A stretch of DNA of 57,651 bases, filler included, from Sphacelaria rigidula (taxonomy: Eukaryota): NCBI GenBank assembly GCA_964200075.2. It is 9 parts of 9 records of this genome, joined end to end, with 100 filler letters (N's around TTAATTAATTAA, not from the genome) between each part and the next. Parts side by side here need not be neighbours in the genome. Positions count along the whole stretch, not along the records: positions 44,920 to 51,235 come from CAXNAA020020818.1; positions 51,336 to 57,651 come from CAXNAA020020819.1; 7 more parts are not named here. The stretch is one strand, 5' to 3'. The notes below the pieces were generated by a model. That model had not been told where the DNA came from. It saw only the letters and a list, made by a program, of their open reading frames with translations, and searched no databases. The position numbers and the translations under genes were made by a program. This document shows, one piece after another, positions 47,393 through 57,651 of this stretch (position 1 is the first letter of the stretch; the number at the start of each line of letters is the position of its first letter).

Positions 47393-47513
47393 GGCCTGTC
47401 GGCATTTTCAGATGCCAACTGGGGCAACAATCCTGACAACTTGAAATCGGCATCATCATCATGCCGGCGAAAGCCCCCGTTAGTTTCAAAGTCGGATTGC
47501 AGGGACTAATTGA
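47393..47513 (+). mobile_element. Ty1/Copia RNase H N-terminal remnant
   Basis: LSAFSDANWGNNPDNLKSASS/..AKAPVSFKVGLQGL matches the Copia SDADW...D.kS.S motif. Confidence 0.88.
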
Positions 47514-48544
47514 GCCACCTTACGAATCTCATCAAGAACTTCAACACCTACCCAAAAAAATTCGAAAGGGGGAGCCAGTTCGGGGCGGAGGAGCATTTAT
47601 TTCGTGTCTTGTCCTTTGTGCTCTTCTTTGTTTGTATCTTTGCGTTTTATACTTTTTCAAATAAAACTACTCAGGTTCTGATTGGACCAACACCGACGAG
47701 ACCGACGAGGCTGTTGAAGCAGTCAAGAACGAGACAACGACGACGACAAAAGCACGATTGACACGGAGTAGATAGCTTACCGTAGCAGTAGTGATATAAG
47801 TTCTACCTTCGAATGTTCTCTGTTTGTCGTCTGCAAACCTGATCGAAAGTAGTCATTTGGTGGTGTGTTCATTGTGAGTATATAGTGCGTTACCTCATCA
47901 ACATCATACTGATGTTACTGATTGAAGCTGATCGTTATAAAGGATGATGTTGCAAGATGCTGTTTCCGTTGAGGGCTGGCTATTTCTGTACTAGTCAACG
48001 TTCAAGAGCATCAAGGCGTTGTCATAGTTGGAATCTGTGATTCGGACTCCTCGGCAGAGAAGAGTCGATGTAAATAATTACGGTTCAACTTGTTGTAAAA
48101 TGTCATAATGCTGGAACTGTAGGTATGTAGATGGTCGCCTGTATCACTTCTCTCTTCACGTTCTCGAGAACCATCAATACAAGCTACGCACTTCGTGCAT
48201 ACATATTCTTCCTGATCAGCTCAACTCCTTTGGAACCGCTGATGGAAAGTGACGATTTACAACGACGTTTCCTTGGGAAAGATGCGATTGGCTTTCTGCA
48301 ACTGTCGATGATGCAAGCCCAACCAAAACGGTGCACCACTCCAAGTTCAAGTATACTAAAGTGACTGATTTGTGCACCGAACTCGAAGTGACGTTTCCCG
48401 GGTGACGGAAGCTCGCATATTATGGGAGTTTGTGTCGTTTTTCGCGAGTTTCGAAAGGGTTAACGGCTGTAAGCGCCTACCCTCGCGACACGTTCAAGGT
48501 ATACACTCAGCATTACCCAACAGCATGTAGGTGTGATTTATGCT

Positions 48545-48770
48545 GCATAAATGGAAAGTGGCAAACATGTTCGCTTGATTCACCTCGGGTGAATGGAAGG
48601 TGGGGAACATGTACGTATGATTCATACTGCATGAACGGAACTAGGGAATTATGCACGCTTGATTCACGTCGTATGAATAGAAGGTGGGGAACGTGTGCTC
48701 ATGATTCATGCTGAACGAGTGGAAATTGGGGGAAATGTACCTACGATTTACGTCATACGAATGGAAGGAA
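48545..48770 (+). repeat. Minisatellite, 42-bp period, ~5.5 copies
   Basis: Consensus atgaatggaaggtggggaacatgtacgcttgattcacgtcgt, followed by gtacgaatc repeats to ~48880. Confidence 0.85.
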
Positions 48771-50477
48771 AAGTGTATCTTTGACGGTGTGCCGTACGAA
48801 TCACGAACTCGGCATGTGTGCACTTGTGTCGTACGAATCACGCACCCAAAACATGTACAGATCACACCTTGTGTACGAATCGTATGATTGATTCGTCCAA
48901 ATGTTGACCATGAGTCGAATCACGATTTTATTCGTCTGAACCCTGAAACATTTCACGAACAGCGTCACGGCGAAGGACACAAGAAAAAAATGGCCGTGTA
49001 ATACTGTTCGCTTGCTCGTGGAGGTCATAATGATGGCGGATATATTTCTATCGGGTCAGTTTTGCGTTCTGTATCCGGTGGGGATAAATTTTGGGCATTC
49101 ACCCTGAACCAGCTTGTAATTGCGCGTCAAGAGTGGCTACCAGACACGTGTTCGGATTGCTGAGCAGTATAATAAAGTCCAAGTCGTGCTCAGGCGGTCA
49201 TTTTTTTAATTCTTGGATTGTAACGTTATACGACTGCGACATTGTGGATGAAAACACGGTGGTCTGCCCACCACGCCCCCTCTCCCCCCAACTTTTTCGG
49301 GCGAAACGGTGGTTTGTTGTATACGCTCCTAAGGATTGTGGATACGAGTCTTCCTGAATGAACGTTTCTTGCCTACCCTTATATTGCTCAAACGTCATTC
49401 ATGTAACCATTAGGGCAATGGCGTAGAAAAAATACACCTTCTCGTTTTTTGCCTTGGAAAGGTACTAAAAATGGCCAGAAACGCGACAACAGCAAAACAC
49501 GCCATTTTGACCGTTTTCGCTCCAAATTTTTCACGCACATCATTGACGAGGGGGCATATCTGGGTCACCGATCGACCGAGAACGTACCTGTGCTAGGCCA
49601 TCGCTCTCTACACTGTACCTGATGCGGCATATCCCGTGCAAGGGAGGCTACGCGCCAACTTCAACCATGGCGCCCGTACATTTGGCTCTTTCTCCGTTCA
49701 TTTGCCGTTCACGGACGCCACAACGACCACGCCCCCTTCTCCCGGGATATGGTTCCCGAGTCTCTCCGCATCGACACAGTAGCTGGACTCACAACTCACA
49801 GCGCGTCGGTCTTTTGTGATCCCGGGACACCGTACAGTTGCGATCTCGGCGCTGGTGTCAGGGTCACGCTAGGTTATTCCGTCACCAACGGGCGGTTGTC
49901 GCATCATCGATGGTTGGTTCAAGCAATGGGTACACATACAGTACTGGCCGTCACGCATATTGAACTAAGGACAGAACAGTAATAGCGTCAAATCAGCGCG
50001 CGTCTTGAAATCCACGTAGCACTGCGATCTAATAAGGTCTAATCAAACGAAATATCAATCTGTACAGTAGGCCTGCATTTCTTTGCAGCTTTCGGTCATT
50101 TGCACATTTTTTGCGGACACAATCCGAACTTCTCGCTGGCCGTTAATGATTGCTATACACGGTCCCGATATAGACGTGATGGGTGTGTCTTTGGGCTGCA
50201 AGTGCCCATGGGTTATATTACTTGATTTGAGTGTGTACAACGAGAATCGGATCTTTAGTAGGGCTGACAGTCCCGTTTGCTCCTCACGTGCCCAAAACGC
50301 GTTTTCGTTGAACTCGGCGCCACAGCGTCGATTTGGGGTCTATCATTGCAAAGGGAATGCTATGTACCGTCCTTGCCCGAGGGTTCTCGGTATGCGTCGG
50401 GTTGGGGTTAGGGTTAGGGGTAGCGATACTTGTAAAATTGTGTTAACCATGAACATTTGTAGCCCAACGCCGGTTAA

Positions 50478-50577
50478 CCCTTAGACCGCGGTGCGGGTAG
50501 CCCATTTAGATCACGCATACGTTTCCTAGTGAAATTGATGCCGATTCAGCAGGTGACCTACCCTTGCGGTCAAAGAA
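50478..50577. mobile_element. piggyBac-type MITE (family of 10901-10997)
   Basis: TTAA|cccttagaccgcg...tgaaattgatgccgattca...gcggtcaaagaa|TTAA, followed immediately by another cccttagac start at 50582. Confidence 0.75.
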
Positions 50578-51374
50578 TTAACCCTTAGACAGCGACCCTC
50601 CCGCTGGTAGACTGAGGTAGACACTACACTTTTGGATTCAGAATCATTCCGTTGTCACAACTCAAAACGCCTACTCTACGGCGGGAAGGGACCGGGAGTG
50701 CAGAAGAGGCACATGGTTGCGTCATGACACAGGCGGTGGTGTGGTTGTCGACCACCTGATTATTACGCCTCATATTTGTGCAGTCTGTAGTGTATCGTGC
50801 CGCGGCTGCACGTGCGATCTGCAGCGTACTGGATCTTACAGTGTTGAACGTGTCGAGTGTACGCAGCATGCGTTTGGATATCGCACCATGACTACCGCCG
50901 CGAACGCCCCTGACTACCGTAAAGCAATTGCTCGGAGATGGCGGTCGCCTCACCGTCGGAGTACTTGTCTACATCTACGTGCGTCGGGCAGTCGTGGCCG
51001 CCGCTCGCGTTTTGCGCCATGACGTTTGATACCAGATGGAGGTGTGGAGCTAGTACGACGCTCAGGCAGTACTGAACAGACAGACACAGTGTACCGAAGA
51101 TGCTTGAATACCCACTTTTTGGTTATATAATCTATGGTTGATTTGGCATACTCAAAATGAGTAATGAGGGTTGACAGCGAATGTGTCTACCAGGTGTCTA
51201 CCTCTACCGTAACAAAAGTGTCCATTTTGACGACCNNNNNNNNNNNNNNNNNNNNNNNNNNNNNNNNNNNNNNNNNNNNTTAATTAATTAANNNNNNNNN
51301 NNNNNNNNNNNNNNNNNNNNNNNNNNNNNNNNNNNGGTTTGGAGATCTGCTTAAGAAATGAGTTGTTATATCTG

Positions 51375-51620
51375 AGTCTACGATATAACCACCCCCCCAC
51401 CCCCTCCCAGACACGTTGCTCGTTTGAGGAGGGAACATCTACCCGCAAATCGAAATGAAAAAAGTCGAGCTCAATGAGCAGCTGGGAACTCCTACGCCTG
51501 GGTTCGTTTTCGCCAATGTCACTCATTTGAGGCGCTTCTTGCAGCCTGAAACCAAACATCAGGCGCTGTATGACCATTGTCTTTGTGACAGTTTTGGGCC
51601 GTTTTTGTTTTTTGGGGGGA
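51375..51620. mobile_element. Decayed copy of the 4-bp-TSD MITE
   Basis: Reverse-complement homolog of 53584-53832 (gagcagctggga.tcc.acgc.tgggttcgtt...gcagcctgaa.ccaaacatcagg). Confidence 0.8.
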
Positions 51621-52249
51621 ATGGCTCATCAATAATCTAAGGTCTGACGGACTCAAAATATCAAGTTGTTTTGTCGGAGTATTTCTTGTCTTTCCAGGTA
51701 TATCATTCTAATTATTCAAGCCTGTCGAACTGGAGGCACTGGAATTTCCGCTGCGCAGTTCACACACCTTTGAAAGCAGAATCGCCGATTGATTTGCATC
51801 GGTTGTCTACGTGAATTTTTCTCCGTTGTCTGAAGGCCGCGATTTTCATTCAGCATATCTACAGAGCACGCGCCGTTCAGTGGCTTTACGCTGTCCAGAG
51901 GGCTAAACGGGCCCACGGTATCGTCATAGCCAGGGCGAAACAGGCAGCCGCGCTCAAACTGCAGGTGACACGGCGGATGTGCCGAAGTTCGGGCTTCGGG
52001 CGGGCGGTGGCGGGGGCTGGGTGCGAGTCAGCAAAGCCGATGTCTGCTTGCTTGTCCAAAACGAATTCGTGTGACCTTCAAAGAAGTTTCGACATCCACA
52101 TTTCATATTTCGGGGGGGAGGGAGAATACGACCTATTATCGGACTCGGAGCAGTAAATGCAGAACCGTTTCAATTGCTAAGCTGAGGGTGTCATCATCAA
52201 GTACAAGAAATTGATGTTACGAACATATATATGATACATGGATCGCACA

Positions 52250-55200
52250 CTGAATTGCTGCAGTGCGATAGCGCACCACTTGTGTATGAATTGGCTCCAG
52301 GTAAGTCTCTATGGCTCTTACAACCCGCAGCCCTTGACGTAACGTTTCATCCGGCGACCTAGCCTTCCGCACAAAACTCTCGGCAGAACACCCCGCAGAT
52401 GGTTTTGAAACAGTCGTATCCAAATATCATGCCCCAGTATCCCAAGGTATTATACGGCTGACAAGATTACCAACCGAAACCTTCCCTGATTGTGTATAGT
52501 AGCAGCATAACGAAAAAAAGTGAAAACTATTTCAGCAAAAACAATATCAAATAGCACACCGTCAACAACACACCAACCAAGCTGCTCAACCTTTCTTGAA
52601 AAAACCGCCCGCCAGGAGAACACAGCGAAGAACGGTAGCAGCTCGGCCGCAAAATACTGGGAACACTCGACGTACTCATACACGAAAATCAATTCCCTCC
52701 TACGCATCTCCGGCACGTTGCAAGTGCCGAGTGCCACCATCCTTCATCTCCGATGCGCTTATTGTACCCTCCAATCTCGACGAATGCTTTTCAAAATCTT
52801 GACCCTTGCACAGCATCGCTCTGCTTGCCCATGATCCAATGAGCATCCAGGGCAGCTAATCAATTGAGGACAAGCTTTTTCAGCGTATGATCGTGGCGAT
52901 GACTATCAGCAAATATTACTCGAAATTCAGAGTACATGATGAAATCAGAATGAAACTTGAAACCGTCGTACGCCTATGGCTTCGTATGCACGCCACACGT
53001 TGCTCTTCACTCTTTACATGCTTCATCCTGAGCTCCCCGTTCGGCACCAACTTCCTCGAGTAGAGTAGTGATGACGAAAATAAATATATCCCATTCCAGC
53101 CCCACTGACAAGAGTATTCGCCGAAGAATTCGCCGCCTAGATGTCCTCATACACCTCGATAAACACCCCATCAATCGAGTTCAACATTCCAAGCAAAAAT
53201 CCCCTCCCCAATCCATTCCTCACTACCGTGTAACATCTCATTTGAGAAATGGAGGATCGATGTTTTGATAATAAACCTTGGGAACCTTCATAGCCATCGA
53301 ATAATTTTCGAAAACGCAGTGCAAATCCACTCTCCTGCCGTGATGTGTGGCCTTGCTCATCCTCAAAAAGATCCATCCGCAATTTGTATAATCCCGTGTT
53401 TACACCGAATTATTTCGACCGACGTCCCGTACAAAAACTGTTCTTAGCTGCTAGAGTGCCCTCTAAGCAGTGAATTTTAGAAATTTGGGGTTGCTTCTCT
53501 TCTCAGGATGAGCACACCCACATATCACGGCCGTACAGTGAATTTGTACTTTTTGCAAAAATATTTCGATGCTAATGAAGGTTGACACTTTCTACGATAG
53601 CCCTCCCCCAAAACCAGCCCAAAAGTGTCACGAAAAAAATGGCCATACAGGGCCTGATGTTTGGGTTCAGGCTGCATGAAGCGCCTCATACTGGCAACAT
53701 TGGCTAGAACGAACCCAAGCGTGGGAATGCCCAGCTGCTCGTTATCCTCGGCTTTTCCCATTTCGATTTACGTCAAGATTTCGCTTCCCAAAACCATGCA
53801 TTTTTTGGGGGGGGGCTATCGTAGAAAGTGTCGGTTGCCAAAGGTTCATCCTCGAAACCGATCCATACTCAATTGATTAAATCCCGTGTTATGTACTGTC
53901 TCTCAGTATAAACGAAATAGACAATGACTTCTAGATCCTAGAGTAGTAAACAATCGTGGAATTCCCCATCATCATACTTCCATCGGTACCGAACGCCGAT
54001 TTTGGACGTTCTAGGCTTACCTGCAGTTTGCACCGATCGACACGATTGCTCCTTGACTCCTCCCCGCTCGAACTTCCATCTACATGTTTCAGTCTCAGTA
54101 CGGGGAGCAATGGTTCGCTGAACAGCTTTCCCGCACTGAGCGCCAACGTCTTGACTACAGCGGATCCCCTCGCACACTGCGTTACTGATATTCCAGCTCG
54201 TCGCGTTGATAAGAAAACACCAGGCGTTCAACCGCTTCTACAGAAATGGTCAGTCTCCGTCAATCTCATCATTAATTTCGGCCTGGGTTTGTTGGAGTAG
54301 TACGCGGGTACGCGGTCAACTAAGGTCACCGAACTTCTTTCACACGCTGTCAATGGTACTCATTCGGAACACGCTACTTGTTCGAGCATCTCGGTCGTAT
54401 TCCAACACGCATCCCGAGTTCGAGCTCAATCCCCTCAGGTGCTTGGTTAGGAAGCCGTGTCCAGCGACTCACCAACTTCATCACACTGTTCAATAACGCC
54501 AATATCATTCGTATTATTGATGTATGCACTCACCAACATTACCACGTCCCCATGATTTATTTCACGAACAACACACGGGTCAGCCAGGCAGACGTTGGGC
54601 AGAATTTTCCGTGAAGCAGTTTCCTGGAGTGTGACGAGTGGAAGCGTTTTTCAAATTTTGCTAGCTCGCCTCAAGCCACACAGTGAACCGTCGTGCTTGA
54701 CGCTTTCGCCGGATACCTCTCTCCACCTCGTGGATATGGGAATATAGATATCATGATCTCTGTACCTTCACAAGAACGTTTGTTCGGCGCAAAAATGATG
54801 GACTCCCTTCCTCGTTCATCCTCACCGGAGATCCCTGTCTTTAGACTGTACGATACGCTTTCAGGTGAAGATATATATCCAGAATTTCCACACGTAACTT
54901 TATCTCCTCTTCGGATCGATCCCGTGCCCACTATCTGCACATCTACAACGCGTAGTTGGTATCTTTGGGCGTCGTTACTTTAGAGCTCCTTGTTGCCAAA
55001 AACGTTATCCCATTCGTGCGAGTCCTATCGAGGTAAGCGATGACTTGCCTCAAACGATTTTCCAACGTGCGCACGAGGGTCGTGATTGCAGCGGGCCGGC
55101 CAGATCGTATTGCGCCGCAGGTGTCCGGACTTTTTGCGCTGCCTCACTACAACACACTCGGGAACAAAATGACCCACAGTGGAAATGGCATCAATTGATC

Positions 55201-55830
55201 GAGGTAAATATACGCGTACATGCGGAAAGATTATTGTCCTCGATAGTCAATGTTGGAATATTCTTCCTCCATGTGGCAGTGTCTACATCATCACACCCCT
55301 CTTCAAGCCTCTTCCCACGTTCTTTGACGAAACGAGATTTCCGGAGGCAAACGTTTCGCCCGCTAGCGGTGAGGATGATCGCACGTTTCTCCACACGGCT
55401 TTCGCGTGTGTGAGGTTGCCAGGCCAATAAGCTCCGCACGAGAACTTCATGGGAGATATGAAATTCCCATGCTGGTCACCCACTGCGAGCTGGGCCAGCA
55501 GTGAATTCCGCATTTGCTTTTTACTCCACAACTTATCAAGTTTACCAAAGCAGCCCGACTTGAGCATATCCCTGAATAAACTAATTTCGCGTTTTCGCCG
55601 TTTGACTAGCCGTACAGATGACATATACTCCACCCTGAGGAGTCTAAACTCGCGTTTCGCTCTTTGATTAGTCCTGCGGGTGACATAGAAATGCATACTG
55701 AGGGGACTCATTTCGCGTTGATCCGAACACATGACTCCAGTGGCCTCCCAACTCGAGAAATGAGGCACATGACCCATACGTTTCACCTGGAGTAGCGTTC
55801 CTTGGGGGACCCTCGTATTTCCGGTGTCGG
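52250..55830 (-). pseudogene. Very long decayed ORF of unknown family
   Basis: Protein-like segments with stops and frameshifts: VPHFSSWEATG...FRDMLKSGCFGKLDKLWSK; YQLRVVDVQIVG...ESIIFAPNK; LPNVCLADPCVVREINHGDVVMLV; RMDLFEDEQG...FLLGMLNSIDGVFIEVYED; AYDGFKFHSDFIMY...LAALDAHW; LRQGLRVVRAIETYLEPIH. Interrupted by a MITE. Confidence 0.5.
53584..53832. mobile_element. MITE with perfect 20-bp TIR GACACTTTCTACGATAGCCC and GGTT TSD
   Basis: GGTT at 53580-53583 and 53833-53836; TIRs are directly visible. Confidence 0.9.
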
Positions 55831-55906
55831 GGAGCAGTCAGTTCTCGCTCCGATTTCTCTACTTCTAAGGCTTGTAGTGCTTGAGTTCTGTTTTCCGAAA
55901 TCCATA

Positions 55907-56283
55907 GCTCACATCCGCAGTCGAAACAAAAAAACAAATCTGGGTAACGGAAATGGGTGTGACTGTTTAACAGACTGTTCGAGCGTGTTAGCAAAACGCT
56001 CAAAGGTTGAGCAGCAACCTGAGATCAAAATTCGGAGATTAATGAGATTCAAAAGCTACAACTCAACAGTTGACCTCAGCTATCGAGCTGACGAATCAAC
56101 AGAAAGTAGACACCTCCTCGATATATACCGTCATGACATCGGGTTGGCAAAGCGCTCACATCCGGAATCGAAATCCGAAAATATCGGGTGATGGAAACGA
56201 ATGTGATTGTTCAACAGACTGTTCCAGCGTTCTAGAAAAACGCTCAATGGTTGAACAGTAACCCGGGGTCAAAAATCGGAGAT
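55907..56283 (+). repeat. Direct repeat, ~130 bp, two copies, period 247
   Basis: gctcacatccg...aacagactgttc.agcgt..tag.aaaacgctcaa.ggttga.cag...tcggagat at 55907 and 56154. Confidence 0.88.
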
Positions 56284-56482
56284 CAAGGAGAGTCACAAGA
56301 GAAGAAAACAAAAACGGCATTAGAACAATGCAGACATGAACGGAAAAATATTCGACACTTCAACGGCGACTGGAGTGCAACTTCCCAAGGAAGATAACCT
56401 CTCAGCAATCAGGGTAGTGCTGATCATTTTGACGATGGGTAGACAAGAAAGCACGACGCTCACACGCCGAAAACATCGTATG

Positions 56483-57235
56483 CACCGCTTTGTTACTAAC
56501 ACGAGGATGTTGTACTATTCAAGTGTCAATGGAACCGAAGGTATCCCAAAACCCAGACATGAAAAACCCAGGCGCCCGTGGACCGATCAGTGTCCCAGTG
56601 CCCAGGCATATAGGAAGAGCAGATGCATCCAGCACCAAAATGCAGCGTATCTTGTAGAATATCAGATGGGACACATGTATATGCCACAAAATGATACGAA
56701 GCAAATAAGATGCCGATATTTCACCAAAGAGCACAATGCTCGCAAGATAAACATCAGACCCACCGCTTTGGTACTAACGCGAGGACTTTGTCCGATACTC
56801 CGGTGTCAGTGGAACCAGAGGTATCCCAGAACCCGGGAAGAAATACCTCAAGCGCCCGTGGACCCGTCGGTGTCCTAGTGCCTAGTCAGGTGTCAGGTGT
56901 ACCTAACTGGTGCAGCCTGCACCAAAGTACAAAAAGCATCCCATAAAAAATGTGACACTCATGATCCATCTAGTTGACCCAATACAAGAAGCAAAGATCA
57001 TTTAGACCGGGTTTAGACAAAAGAGCACAATGCTCACAGGTGAACAAAAATACATATATGTATCTGCAACACCGCCGTGTTACTAACCCGAGACTTCACC
57101 CTACTTGAGTGTCCGCGGAACCGAAGGCATCCCAGCATCCGGGCAGAAATAACCCAGGCGCCCGTGGATCGATCAGTGTCCTAGTGCCCAGTCATGCATA
57201 CCAGCAGATGCAACTAGCACCCAAGTGCAAATATA
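56483..57235 (+). repeat. Three diverged tandem units (~165-bp core, periods 278 and 309)
   Basis: caccgc...tactaac.cgag...ggaacc..agg.atccca...ggcgcccgtgga...tc.gtgtcc.agtgcc.ag at 56483, 56761 and 57070. The spacers share aaagagcacaatgctc. Confidence 0.9.
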
Positions 57236-57651
57236 TCTAATGGAAACATGTCACATATGACAACTCAATGACGGAAAACAAAATGGAGCGTTTGGAATAC
57301 ATGCAGCGTTACTGACCAATTGTAGCTAAAATTTACTGGGGGTGTTTGCTCAATACCACAGTATAGAGAAGGGCTACCTTCGCGATTAGTGGCGGCGTGA
57401 CTCAATCAATGATTGTCACTCAAAAAAAACCCCATGATTATATCATAAGCGAAGCTGATGATCGCCTCGTCCCACCAGCCATAGCCTCGATGGGCTAGAG
57501 GCGCATAAAGGGGGGGGGGTACATGGTAGATATCTTTTTGCAGTGATATATCAGAGACTGATGTCACACATGTATACAAACTGTTGGAAATATGCACAGC
57601 CTGGCTGCTTGCATTGTGTGAGTTTTTACTCTGGTAGCAAATTAGCGGGAC

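Noticed and set aside
48545..48770. CRISPR array
   Set aside because: Contiguous degenerate 42-bp units with no unique spacers.
50401..50420. Telomeric TTAGGG repeats
   Set aside because: Only about two exact units, internal to a contig.
52450..52740. 2OG-Fe dioxygenase (TET/JBP-like) suggested by EQLGWCVVDGVL
   Set aside because: No HxD...H motif follows, and the segment overlaps a T-rich probable intron in a different frame from the main decayed ORF.
56895..56946. Gag zinc knuckle suggested by WCSLHQST
   Set aside because: The remaining ligands are missing and the motif is not kept in the other two repeat units.
56483..57235. CRISPR-like repeat-spacer array
   Set aside because: The repeats are ~165 bp and diverged, the spacers are partly homologous to each other, there are no cas genes and the context is eukaryotic.

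Overview
This is eukaryotic genomic DNA, most likely from a brown alga (Phaeophyceae). That is inferred from the intron-rich genes, a 72-nt LRR exon and the repeat families. It is not one locus: nine unplaced contigs of 6318, 6317 (x5) and 6316 (x3) bp are joined by artificial 100-bp linkers (44 N + TTAATTAATTAA + 44 N), so no neighbourhood can be inferred across linkers. Four spliced host genes are recognisable: the 3' part of a MAP65/Ase1/PRC1-family gene (contig 3, minus), one ROCO-type LRR exon (contig 4, plus), an IQANK1-like ankyrin gene with unusual domain order (contig 5, minus), and the 3' end of a Ski2-like ISE2/HelY RNA helicase with a GC-AG intron (contig 7, plus). There are also weaker exon sets of unknown genes. 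The rest is mostly transposon debris: a very abundant LINE whose 3' end runs into poly(C), Copia gag and RNase H remnants, a deleted hAT-like element, piggyBac-type TTAA MITEs, a MITE family with 4-bp target duplications, foldback palindromes and tRNA-like SINE heads. The main unexplained material is three long decayed ORFs of unrecognised family in contigs 1, 2 and 9; the two in contigs 1 and 9 have structured repeat arrays upstream. I found no intact novel system, CRISPR array, rRNA or intact tRNA. All family assignments come from motif recognition by eye, not from database searches.
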